A DNA stretch of 64,000 nucleotides from an uncultured Methanosarcinales archaeon (lineage in GTDB: Archaea; Nanobdellota; Nanobdellia; Woesearchaeales; CAYMBN01). The stretch lies in assembly GCA_964388715.1 (NCBI GenBank), contig CAYMBN010000005.1:3434-67433 (forward strand), in the 5' to 3' direction. Within the stretch, counting starts at the first letter, position 1. Every line of letters starts with the position of its first letter. Under the pieces are notes generated by a model. It was given only the letters and a program-made list of their open reading frames with translations, did no database searches and had not been told where the DNA came from. This document shows, one piece after another, positions 28,639 to 37,150 of this stretch. The position numbers and the translations under genes were made by a program.

Positions 28639-29249
28639 ATAAGTTATTAGAACACAGAAAGAAAATTAAAAGGAAAAAACCTAATTTTACTAGACAAGAC
28701 TCTCACAAGAAAGCAATGACTTCTGGATGGAGGAAACCTCGTGGTCTTCAATCAAAAATGAGAAGAGGTATTAAAGGATATAAACGAAAAGTGGAAATTG
28801 GTTGGGGTTCACCTAAAAAAATAAAAGGATTAACAAAAGAAGGGTTAAAAATAATTTATATCACAAATCAAAGTGATATTGATCAAATAACAGGAAATAA
28901 TGAATGTGTATTATTATCCTCTTCACTAGGAACAAAGAAAAAGTTAAAAATAGTTAAAAAATTAAAAGAAAAAAATATTAAGATCCTAAATATTAAAAAC
29001 ATTGAAGAATATATCAAAAAGATTGATGAAAAAATTAAAAATAAGAAAGAGAAAAAATCTAAAACTGAAAAAGAAAAAGTTAAGAAAAAAGAAGAGTTAA
29101 AGAAAAAAGCAGAAGAAAAAGCAAAAAAAGAACAAGAAGAAAATAAAAAGGAAGATGAAGAAGATTTAGCACAAAAAATAGAACAAGAAGAAGAAAAAGC
29201 TAAAGAAGAAAAAAAGGAAAAAGATAAAGTTTTAATCAAGAAAAAATGA
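28635..29249 (+). CDS. rpl32e: 50S ribosomal protein eL32 with long K/E tail
   Basis: KPNFTRQ, WRKPRG.QSKMR, ILN. Confidence 0.95.
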   Translation: MNKLLEHRKKIKRKKPNFTRQDSHKKAMTSGWRKPRGLQSKMRRGIKGYKRKVEIGWGSPKKIKGLTKEGLKIIYITNQSDIDQITGNNECVLLSSSLGTKKKLKIVKKLKEKNIKILNIKNIEEYIKKIDEKIKNKKEKKSKTEKEKVKKKEELKKKAEEKAKKEQEENKKEDEEDLAQKIEQEEEKAKEEKKEKDKVLIKKK

Positions 29250-29695
29250 AAATTAAACATCAAAAAAGACTTGCAGGACAAATATTGAAATGTTCCAAAA
29301 ATAAAATTAAATATGATTTATCTAGAATAGATGATATAAAAGAGGCTATAACTAGACAAGATATAAAATCCTTAATAAAAGAAAGAGCAATTATTCAAAA
29401 ACCAACTAAAGGAACTTCAAAATTTTGGGCAAGGAAAAAAAAGAAACAAAAAAGTAAAGGTAAAAGAAAAGGACATGGTTCAAGGAAAGGTAAATCTACT
29501 GCAAGAACCCCTAAAAAAAGAGAATGGATCAATAAAATTAGAGCACAAAGAGGATTACTTTCAGAGTTAAAAGAAAGAGAAAAAATTACTAACAAAGTAT
29601 ATAAAAATCTTTATTTAAAAGCAAAAGGTGGTTTTTTTAGAAATAAGAGACACATAAAATTATACATAAAGGAGCATGATTTACTTAAAAAATGA
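29246..29695 (+). CDS. rpl19e: 50S ribosomal protein eL19
   Basis: QKRLA, AITRQDI, GHGSRKG, WINKIR, KGGFF. Confidence 0.96.
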   Translation: MKIKHQKRLAGQILKCSKNKIKYDLSRIDDIKEAITRQDIKSLIKERAIIQKPTKGTSKFWARKKKKQKSKGKRKGHGSRKGKSTARTPKKREWINKIRAQRGLLSELKEREKITNKVYKNLYLKAKGGFFRNKRHIKLYIKEHDLLKK

Positions 29696-29720
29696 AAAGG
29701 ATTTATAATTTTCGAAGAAA

Positions 29721-30284
29721 ATGATAAAAAGAAAAAAATATACTATAAGGTATAAAAGAAGAAGACAAGGAAAAACAAATTATAAGAAAAGATTAAAGTT
29801 ATTACTAGCTAAAAAACCTAGATTAGTTATTAGAAAGTCACTTAATAGTATTATAATCCAAGTTATTGAGTATAACAAGAAAGGAGATATAACCAAAGTT
29901 TGTGCACATAGTAAAGAACTTAAAAAGCTTGGCTGGAAATTAAAAAACAAAAATTTACCTGCAGCATACTTAACTGGTTTAATTTTAGGTATTAAAGCAA
30001 AAAAAGCAGGTATCAAAGAGGTTATACTTGATATTGGTCTTAACACACCTGTAAAAGGATGTAAAATTTACAGTGCATTAAAAGGTGTTTTAGATGCAGG
30101 CATAGAAATTCCACATTCAAAAGAAGTACTACCTCCTGAAGAAAGAATCAAGGGAACACACATAGTAAACTATGCAAAAGAACACAATGAAAAATTTTCA
30201 GAATACTTAAAAAATAATATTGATACAAACAAAATACCAGAACATTTTGAAGAAATCAAATCAAAGGTGCTAAAGAATGGTTGA
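29721..30284 (+). CDS. rpl18: 50S ribosomal protein uL18
   Basis: RRRQGKTNYKKR, NLPAAYLTG, KGVLDAG. Confidence 0.96.
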   Translation: MIKRKKYTIRYKRRRQGKTNYKKRLKLLLAKKPRLVIRKSLNSIIIQVIEYNKKGDITKVCAHSKELKKLGWKLKNKNLPAAYLTGLILGIKAKKAGIKEVILDIGLNTPVKGCKIYSALKGVLDAGIEIPHSKEVLPPEERIKGTHIVNYAKEHNEKFSEYLKNNIDTNKIPEHFEEIKSKVLKNG

Positions 30285-31122
30285 AGACATAAAAGAGAAA
30301 GAAGAATCTAAAATTATTGAAGAACCAATTAAAAAAGAAGTTGCTGAACCAATCGAAACAGAAGAATCAACAAATGCTAAAAAAGTTGTAGAAGAAAGTA
30401 AGAAACTTAAACCAGAAATTGGAGGATGGCAACCTAAAACTAGTATTGGTAAACAAACAAAAGAAGGAAAAATAACTAAAATAGATCAAATACTTGATAA
30501 TGGTTTCAAAATAATGGAAGCAGAAATAGTTGATTTCCTTATTCCAGATCTTAATAATGATTTATTGTTAATTGGACAATCTAAAGGAAAGTTTGGTGGT
30601 GGTCAAAGAAGAGTATTTAGACAGACACAAAAAAAGACATGCGAAGGAAATAAACCCAAGTTTGCTGCTTATGCAGTAGTTGGTAACAATAATGGATATG
30701 TAGGAATTGGCTATGGAAAAAGTAAAGAAACAGTTCCTGCACGTGAAAAAGCATTCAGAAATGGTAAACTAAACCTTATCAAAATTAGACGTGGTTGTGG
30801 AAGTTGGCAATGTGGATGTGGTGAACCACACTCAATTCCTTTTTCTATTAGTGGAAAATGTGGTTCTTGTGTGATTACAATTATGCCTGCTCCAAAAGGA
30901 ACTGGCCTTTGTATTGAAAAAGAATGTGGTAAAATTTTAAAGATAGCTGGAATCAAAGATGTTTGGTCAAAAGTAAAAGGACAAACAAAAACTAAAACCA
31001 ACTTAATTAAAGCTTGTATGAAAGCTTTAAAACAATTAAGTGAGTTAAAAATTTCTGATAATGAATATAAAAATTTAGGAATAATTGATGGAGAAATAGC
31101 TAAGGTAAAAAATGAAGAATAA
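30277..31122 (+). CDS. rps5: 30S ribosomal protein uS5
   Basis: WQPKT..G, RRGCGSW, PAPKGTGL, AGIKDVW. Confidence 0.96.
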   Translation: MVEDIKEKEESKIIEEPIKKEVAEPIETEESTNAKKVVEESKKLKPEIGGWQPKTSIGKQTKEGKITKIDQILDNGFKIMEAEIVDFLIPDLNNDLLLIGQSKGKFGGGQRRVFRQTQKKTCEGNKPKFAAYAVVGNNNGYVGIGYGKSKETVPAREKAFRNGKLNLIKIRRGCGSWQCGCGEPHSIPFSISGKCGSCVITIMPAPKGTGLCIEKECGKILKIAGIKDVWSKVKGQTKTKTNLIKACMKALKQLSELKISDNEYKNLGIIDGEIAKVKNEE

Positions 31123-31498
31123 AATTGCAATTATTAGGATTCGAGGAAATGTTGGACTAAATCAAGGTATAAAAGAAACCTTAAAGAGATTAAAACTTCA
31201 TAAAAAAAATTATTGTACTGTTATTGAAAATAATGTAAATAACAGTGGAATGATAAAAAAAGTTAAAGATTATGTTACATATGGTTTTATTAATGAAGAA
31301 ACTTCAAAATTACTTAAAGAAAAAAGAGGAGAAAAAACTAAAACCAAAGATGGAAAAGCAGTAGATAAAAAATTTTTCAGGTTACACCCACCAAGAAAGG
31401 GATTTGAAAGAAAAGGAATCAAAGTTTCTTTTGGTTTGGGTGGTGCTTTAGGTAATAGAAAAGAAAAAATCAATGATCTTATTAAGAGGATGTTATAA
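31112..31498 (+). CDS. rpl30: 50S ribosomal protein uL30
   Basis: IIRIRG, VKDYVTYG, FRLHPPRKG. Confidence 0.95.
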   Translation: MKNKIAIIRIRGNVGLNQGIKETLKRLKLHKKNYCTVIENNVNNSGMIKKVKDYVTYGFINEETSKLLKEKRGEKTKTKDGKAVDKKFFRLHPPRKGFERKGIKVSFGLGGALGNRKEKINDLIKRML

Positions 31499-31947
31499 TG
31501 GTATTTAGAAAACATAAAAAAGTTAAAAAGTATCGAGGATCAAAAACACATGGTTGTGGCTCTATGAAAAAGAGAAGAGGAGCAGGCAATCGTGGTGGAA
31601 GAGGTAAAGCAGGCTCTGGTAAGAGGGGGGATTGTAAAAAACCCGCTATTTGGAATAATAAAAAATATTTTGGAAAACATGGTTTCACACATTCTAAAAA
31701 GAATATTAAAATTGTAAATATTGAATTCATTAATGAAAAAATAAACAAACTAGCTGAAAAAAAAGGAGATGTTTATCATATTGATTTAGGCAAACATGGT
31801 TATAATAAATTATTAGGTAAAGGTAAAGTTATAAATAAGTTTGAGATTAAAGTAGATAGTTGTTCTGTAAAAGCTAAACAAAAAATAGAGGCTGCTGGAG
31901 GAAAAGTTAATGTCCCTTTGGAACAAAATATTAATGAATCTTCCTGA
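31498..31947 (+). CDS. rpl15: 50S ribosomal protein uL15
   Basis: RGSKTHG.G, GGRGKAG, FGKHGF, KLLGKG. Confidence 0.96.
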   Translation: MVFRKHKKVKKYRGSKTHGCGSMKKRRGAGNRGGRGKAGSGKRGDCKKPAIWNNKKYFGKHGFTHSKKNIKIVNIEFINEKINKLAEKKGDVYHIDLGKHGYNKLLGKGKVINKFEIKVDSCSVKAKQKIEAAGGKVNVPLEQNINESS

Positions 31948-33304
31948 GGTTGCAGGACCTCAGCAAAGAAGATTATCATTTAAAGAAAAATTAAAGTGGA
32001 CTGGTATTATCCTTGTTTTATTCTTTGTAATGGGTCTTATTCCTTTATTTGGTCTTGGTGAAAACGCATTACAACAATTTGAGTTTTTATCTATAATTCT
32101 TGGTGCTAAATTTGGAAGTATTATTTCATTAGGTATTGGTCCTATTGTTACAGCATCCATTGTATTACAATTATTAAACGGTTCAGGTATTGTAAAGTTT
32201 GACTTAACTAGTCATGAAGGAAAAAGAAGATTTCAAGGAGTACAAAAACTATTAGCAATATTCTTTATTGTATTTGAAGCTGCAATTTATGTTTTTATGG
32301 GTGGTCTTGCACCTTCAAGTGTTTATGCTGGAACTAATTTATTTTTCCAACTACAATTGATGCTTGTTATTCAATTAACATTAGGTGGTTTGATTATTTT
32401 ATTTATGGATGAAGTTATTAGTAAATGGGGTTTTGGCTCTGGTATCAGTTTATTTATTGCAGCAGGTGTTTCAGAAAGTATGTTTATAAGAGCATTCAGC
32501 TGGTTACATCCTGCAACAAACCCAAATGCATATGTTGGTGCAATCCCAGAACTATTTAGGGCTTTAGCCCAACAAGATCCAATCACAGCTGGATTAAAGA
32601 TTGCAACTTTAGTTTCAACTGTTTTAGTATTTGTTATTGCTGTTTACACACAGGCAATGAAAATAGAAATTCCATTATCATTTGGAAGAGTACGTGGTCA
32701 TGGTATTAGATGGCCTCTTGCATTTATTTACACATCAAATATTCCAGTTATATTAGTGGCAGCATTAATGGCAAATGTACAATTATGGGCGCGATTGCTC
32801 CAAAAATGGGTTGGCCACCCTACTTTTTTAGGAGGATTTACATCGGCAGGTACACCAACAGGTTTTGTCGCTCTATTAAGTTCACCTGACATTGTAAGAA
32901 AAATCATTGATGGAACATTAATGGGTTCTGATTTAACTAATGCTGCTGTTTACATCATATTTATGATTATAGGTGCTGTTATTTTCAGTATTTTTTGGGT
33001 ACAAACAGCTGGAATGGATGCAAGATCACAAGCAAAACAAATAATGAGTTCAGGACTACAAATACCTGGTTTTAGAAAAGATCAAAGAGTACTTGAAACA
33101 TTACTTAATCGTTACATATGGCCATTAACAGTAATGGGTGCAATAACAGTTGGTTTCTTAGCAGCCCTAGCAGACCTAACAGGAGCCTTAAGTAGAGGAA
33201 CAGGTATATTACTAACAGTTATGATCGTCTACAAACTATACGAAGAAATAGCAAAACAACATATGATGGATATGCATCCTATGATGAGAAAGTTTATGGA
33301 GTAA
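31910..33304 (+). CDS. secY: Preprotein translocase SecY
   Basis: LGIGPIVTA, KWGFGSGISLFI, YTSNIP, IPGFR, GTGILL. Confidence 0.97.
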   Translation: MSLWNKILMNLPEVAGPQQRRLSFKEKLKWTGIILVLFFVMGLIPLFGLGENALQQFEFLSIILGAKFGSIISLGIGPIVTASIVLQLLNGSGIVKFDLTSHEGKRRFQGVQKLLAIFFIVFEAAIYVFMGGLAPSSVYAGTNLFFQLQLMLVIQLTLGGLIILFMDEVISKWGFGSGISLFIAAGVSESMFIRAFSWLHPATNPNAYVGAIPELFRALAQQDPITAGLKIATLVSTVLVFVIAVYTQAMKIEIPLSFGRVRGHGIRWPLAFIYTSNIPVILVAALMANVQLWARLLQKWVGHPTFLGGFTSAGTPTGFVALLSSPDIVRKIIDGTLMGSDLTNAAVYIIFMIIGAVIFSIFWVQTAGMDARSQAKQIMSSGLQIPGFRKDQRVLETLLNRYIWPLTVMGAITVGFLAALADLTGALSRGTGILLTVMIVYKLYEEIAKQHMMDMHPMMRKFME

Positions 33305-33308
33305 AAAA

Positions 33309-34058
33309 ATGTTTGAAACACTATTAAATCCAATATTTAACCCATTATTAGAATTAGGAAACTTTTGGGCACTTATGATAATCTCATTCATCGTAGCTTT
33401 AATCATGACATTAATCTATAAATGGGCCACTGATCAAGTTAAAATGAAAGATCTCAAAGATAAAATGAAACATCATCAAAATACAATGAAAGAACATAGA
33501 CATGACAAAGACAAGATGATGAAAGCACAAAAAGATGCAATGTCACTTAACATGGAATATATGAAACATAGTATGAAACCAACCCTTTTTACATTCTTAC
33601 CAATTATAATCATCTTTGGTTGGCTCAATGCACATCTTGCATATGACCCTTTAATGATTAACACAGAGTTTAGAACAGCTATGTTATTTGAACCAGGTAC
33701 AACAGGACAAGTAACACTAAATATTGAACCAGAAGGAATAATATTCTTAAACAATCAAACTCAAATAATCACCGAAGATAAAGCAGTTTGGATTTTAAAA
33801 GGTCAAAAAGGTGAGTACATACTCAACTATCAATTCAAAGATAAAAAATATGATAAAAATATTATTATTTCAAATAAACAAGAATATGCTAATCCAATAA
33901 AACCAATAAAAAATGATGTCGTAAAAGTAATTCAAACAAATAACAAACCAATGAAAGTAATGAACTTGTTTGGTTGGCAAATAGGTTGGCTTGGTTCTTA
34001 CATTATATTCTCAATAATATTTAGTTCTATTCTAAGGAAAGTTATGAAATTACATTAA
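33309..34058 (+). CDS. DUF106 / EMC3-TMCO1 (Oxa1 superfamily) membrane insertase
   Basis: TM1, coiled coil, MKPTLFTFLPII TM, terminal GWLGSYII TM; canonical position after secY. Confidence 0.85.
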   Translation: MFETLLNPIFNPLLELGNFWALMIISFIVALIMTLIYKWATDQVKMKDLKDKMKHHQNTMKEHRHDKDKMMKAQKDAMSLNMEYMKHSMKPTLFTFLPIIIIFGWLNAHLAYDPLMINTEFRTAMLFEPGTTGQVTLNIEPEGIIFLNNQTQIITEDKAVWILKGQKGEYILNYQFKDKKYDKNIIISNKQEYANPIKPIKNDVVKVIQTNNKPMKVMNLFGWQIGWLGSYIIFSIIFSSILRKVMKLH

Positions 34059-34185
34059 TTTTGTCCTTAATTAAGTACAAAACCGTAAAATATTGGCACA
34101 ACATTTATAAACAATTTACCATTCTTAAAAAATGAAAAACTGGTGATTTCTTTTATATTTGAATAATTAAAATGGGGGGAAAATA

Positions 34186-36438
34186 ATGAAAAATAAACTT
34201 TTATTTAGTATTGCAATTATTATAGCTTTGTTAATAACAATAAGTTCTGCTCTTAGTGACGAACCTATTCCAGCACCAGAACCAGTTCCACCAAGTTCCG
34301 GTGGAAGTGGAGGAGGTAGCTCAGGAGGAGGTTCAAGTTTTGGTATTGAAATTGAACATATGAGAATTGAATACCCAATAATCCTTAATGCTGAAAGTGA
34401 ATGTAGATTATATTTATGGAATAATAAGAATGAAGAGGTATATAATGTTACATATACAATCTATGAAGAAATTGAAAATGGAAATACAATAATTAGTAAC
34501 CAAATTGCACATGGAACTATTGAAGAAATTGAAGAACATGATGGCAAAACCGTATTATTCAATTGGATCCCACATTCAGTAAACACTAAAAAATTAATTG
34601 TTATTGTTAATATTAATGGTACAGAAAGTTCTTATGAAAGAGAAATCTATCATGTTTCAAGCGAAACAGGCTATGATTTAGATATTAGCAGTGAAATGAT
34701 ATCTGATGAAGAAGAAATATTTGTTAATCAAAATTTTTTCATGAACTTGACCATTAGAAACAGAGGTCCTGATACATCAGATTATGAAACACTTAATATA
34801 TACATACTAGAAAACATGATGCAATATTGGGGTGAAAACGAAGAAGAAATAACGTCTCACTTAGAATTTGTTGAATCAGCTAATCTAAACCAATTACAAC
34901 CATATGAAAGAGTTAGTTACACCTTATCTCCAGAATTTGATTCTCCAGGATTTCATTTAATCTATTTCAACTTATCAAATGGAAATGATTTATTTAGAGG
35001 CAATAGTGAAGAAGGAGAAGAAATTATTGTAAGAACACATGGAGCAGATGTATTAGGTTTCATAGATTTACATGGAAGACTTACAGTAGGATATGAAAAT
35101 GAAATTGAAGTTGAATTATTAAACATTGGTGACCAAGATGCTGAGAGTATTATTGTAAGTCTATATGATGGAACAACATTGATTGGAACACAAACTCTTG
35201 AAGAAATTGAAGAAATGGACCATGATGAAGTTGAATTTAGTTGGACACCTCAATCTACAGGTGAACACACATTAAGACTTATGGTAACTTGTTATAATGA
35301 TGCTTATTTAGAAGACAATGAAATGTCAATAACAGTACAAGTACAGGAACCAGAATTCCCTGTTGATGAATTTGAACCAGATAATACATGGCAACAAGCA
35401 ACAACAATATCAACAAACAATGTTGTACAAGAACATACTAATTTTCCAAACCGAGATGAAGATTACTTTAATTTTCATGCAGAACAAGGAATTACCTATA
35501 TAATGGAAACATTGGAAATTAGTGGTGATACTTATATGGAATTATTTGATACTGATGGTGAAACAAGATTAATAAGTAATGATGACTATCAAGGATTAAG
35601 ATCAAGAATTGAATGGACATGTGATCAAACAGGAATGTATTATGTAATGATTAGACAACTTGGTTCAAGGATGAACGGTGATTACAAGTTTACAATTTAT
35701 CCAATAAATTTCAACCAACCAAAAATGGATTGGTTCGATGGTGATACAACTGATTTATCACAAGCAGACTTATCTAATGTTGATAATTTAGTTTTAGAAA
35801 ACACACAAAATGGTAAAATTGACTTTTCAGGTAAATCTCTAGACTTAAGCAAAACACTTAACATAAATGATTATGTTAAAATTACCGAGGCAACAATATT
35901 TATTGATTCAAACAACATACCTGCTTTAAATCAACCAGCAAGATTAACAATGTACAATCTAAAATTTACTGAACCTAAAATCATGAAAGATGGTAAAGAA
36001 TGTAGTGAATGTTCAATCATAAGTTATGAAAATAATCAATTAATATTTGATGTACCACATTTTACAACGTACCAAGCTGTTGAAGGAAGACAAAATGTAG
36101 GAAGCTACAGCAGAAAATTTGGTCCAAAACAACATGTTAAAATGAATAAAGTAACTATGAATGATCAATTTGAACAAGGTGAAGATCTACAAGTAAGAGT
36201 AACTATGAACAATGATGGTGAAACTAAATTAAAAGACGTTTCAGTAACAATTGTAATACAAGAACTTAATGTTAGAAGGAAAATTGGACCATTTGATCTT
36301 AAGAAAGAAGAAGATATAAACCAATTAGTATTAGCAGAAATGCCAGAAAATGTTAAACCTGGAGATTATGATGTTAGAATCACAATCAGCAACGACTTTA
36401 TGAAGAGAGTTAAATATAGAACAATTACTATCATATAA
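34186..36438 (+). CDS. Secreted acidic CARDB/Ig-like and PPC-domain surface protein
   Basis: Signal peptide; P/G/S linker; CARDB-like units (NIGDQDA...WTP..TGEH...EDNE); PPC-like DEFEPDN...DTYMELFD..NDD; C-terminal Ig-like domain. Confidence 0.7.
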   Translation: MKNKLLFSIAIIIALLITISSALSDEPIPAPEPVPPSSGGSGGGSSGGGSSFGIEIEHMRIEYPIILNAESECRLYLWNNKNEEVYNVTYTIYEEIENGNTIISNQIAHGTIEEIEEHDGKTVLFNWIPHSVNTKKLIVIVNINGTESSYEREIYHVSSETGYDLDISSEMISDEEEIFVNQNFFMNLTIRNRGPDTSDYETLNIYILENMMQYWGENEEEITSHLEFVESANLNQLQPYERVSYTLSPEFDSPGFHLIYFNLSNGNDLFRGNSEEGEEIIVRTHGADVLGFIDLHGRLTVGYENEIEVELLNIGDQDAESIIVSLYDGTTLIGTQTLEEIEEMDHDEVEFSWTPQSTGEHTLRLMVTCYNDAYLEDNEMSITVQVQEPEFPVDEFEPDNTWQQATTISTNNVVQEHTNFPNRDEDYFNFHAEQGITYIMETLEISGDTYMELFDTDGETRLISNDDYQGLRSRIEWTCDQTGMYYVMIRQLGSRMNGDYKFTIYPINFNQPKMDWFDGDTTDLSQADLSNVDNLVLENTQNGKIDFSGKSLDLSKTLNINDYVKITEATIFIDSNNIPALNQPARLTMYNLKFTEPKIMKDGKECSECSIISYENNQLIFDVPHFTTYQAVEGRQNVGSYSRKFGPKQHVKMNKVTMNDQFEQGEDLQVRVTMNNDGETKLKDVSVTIVIQELNVRRKIGPFDLKKEEDINQLVLAEMPENVKPGDYDVRITISNDFMKRVKYRTITII

Positions 36439-36448
36439 AGTGTTAAGT

Positions 36449-36491
36449 TTTAGGAAACAAAATTTCCTAAACCGTTTCGACTTTGTCGAAA
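36449..36491. repeat. Two adjacent inverted repeats upstream of the rpl34e TATA box
   Basis: TTTAGGAAA-caaaa-TTTCCTAAA, then CCG, then TTTCGAC-ttt-GTCGAAA; TTTATAAATA at 36494. Confidence 0.8.
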
Positions 36492-36524
36492 AGTTTATAA
36501 ATACCCCAAAATTTCAGGTATAAC

Positions 36525-36779
36525 ATGGTTAGTGGAAAACATAAATCAAGAAGTTTAAGAAGAGTATATGTAAAAACACCGGGTGCTAAGGTTAAATTAC
36601 ATTACAGGAAGAAAAAACCTAAAGCAACTAGATGTGGTATGTGTAAAAAACCTTTAAAAGGTATTCCAAGAGATGTATCAAAATTACCTAAAACAAAGAA
36701 AAGACCACAAAGACCATTTGGTGGTTTATTATGTTCTAAATGTATGAGAATAACAATTAAAAAAGGTATTAAAAAATGA
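36525..36779 (+). CDS. rpl34e: 50S ribosomal protein eL34
   Basis: KTPG, CGMC, RPQRPFGG.LCSKC. Confidence 0.95.
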   Translation: MVSGKHKSRSLRRVYVKTPGAKVKLHYRKKKPKATRCGMCKKPLKGIPRDVSKLPKTKKRPQRPFGGLLCSKCMRITIKKGIKK

Positions 36780-37147
36780 TAGAAATTGGTAGATTATGTG
36801 TAAAAATTGCAGGAAGAGACGCAGGTAAGAAAGCAATTGTGATTGATATTCTGGATAAAAACTTTGTTATGATAGATGGTGAAGTAAGAAGAAGGAAATG
36901 TAATATTACACACATAGAACCACTTAATAAAGTATTAAAAATCAAAAAGAATGCAACACCCGAAGAAGTCAAAAATGTGCTTAAAACAGAAGGTATTGAA
37001 GTAAAAACAACAAAACCAAAGAAAACACCAGCAAGACCAAGAAAAGTAAGAAAAAAGAAGATAAAACCAGTAGAAACCAAAGAAAAAAACCCACAAATAC
37101 CAAAAAAACAAGCAACAAAACAACAAGAAAAAGAAGTTAAAAAATAA
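36776..37147 (+). CDS. rpl14e: 50S ribosomal protein eL14
   Basis: IGRLCVKIAGRDAG, RRKCNITHIEP. Confidence 0.95.
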   Translation: MIEIGRLCVKIAGRDAGKKAIVIDILDKNFVMIDGEVRRRKCNITHIEPLNKVLKIKKNATPEEVKNVLKTEGIEVKTTKPKKTPARPRKVRKKKIKPVETKEKNPQIPKKQATKQQEKEVKK

Positions 37148-37150
37148 TAA

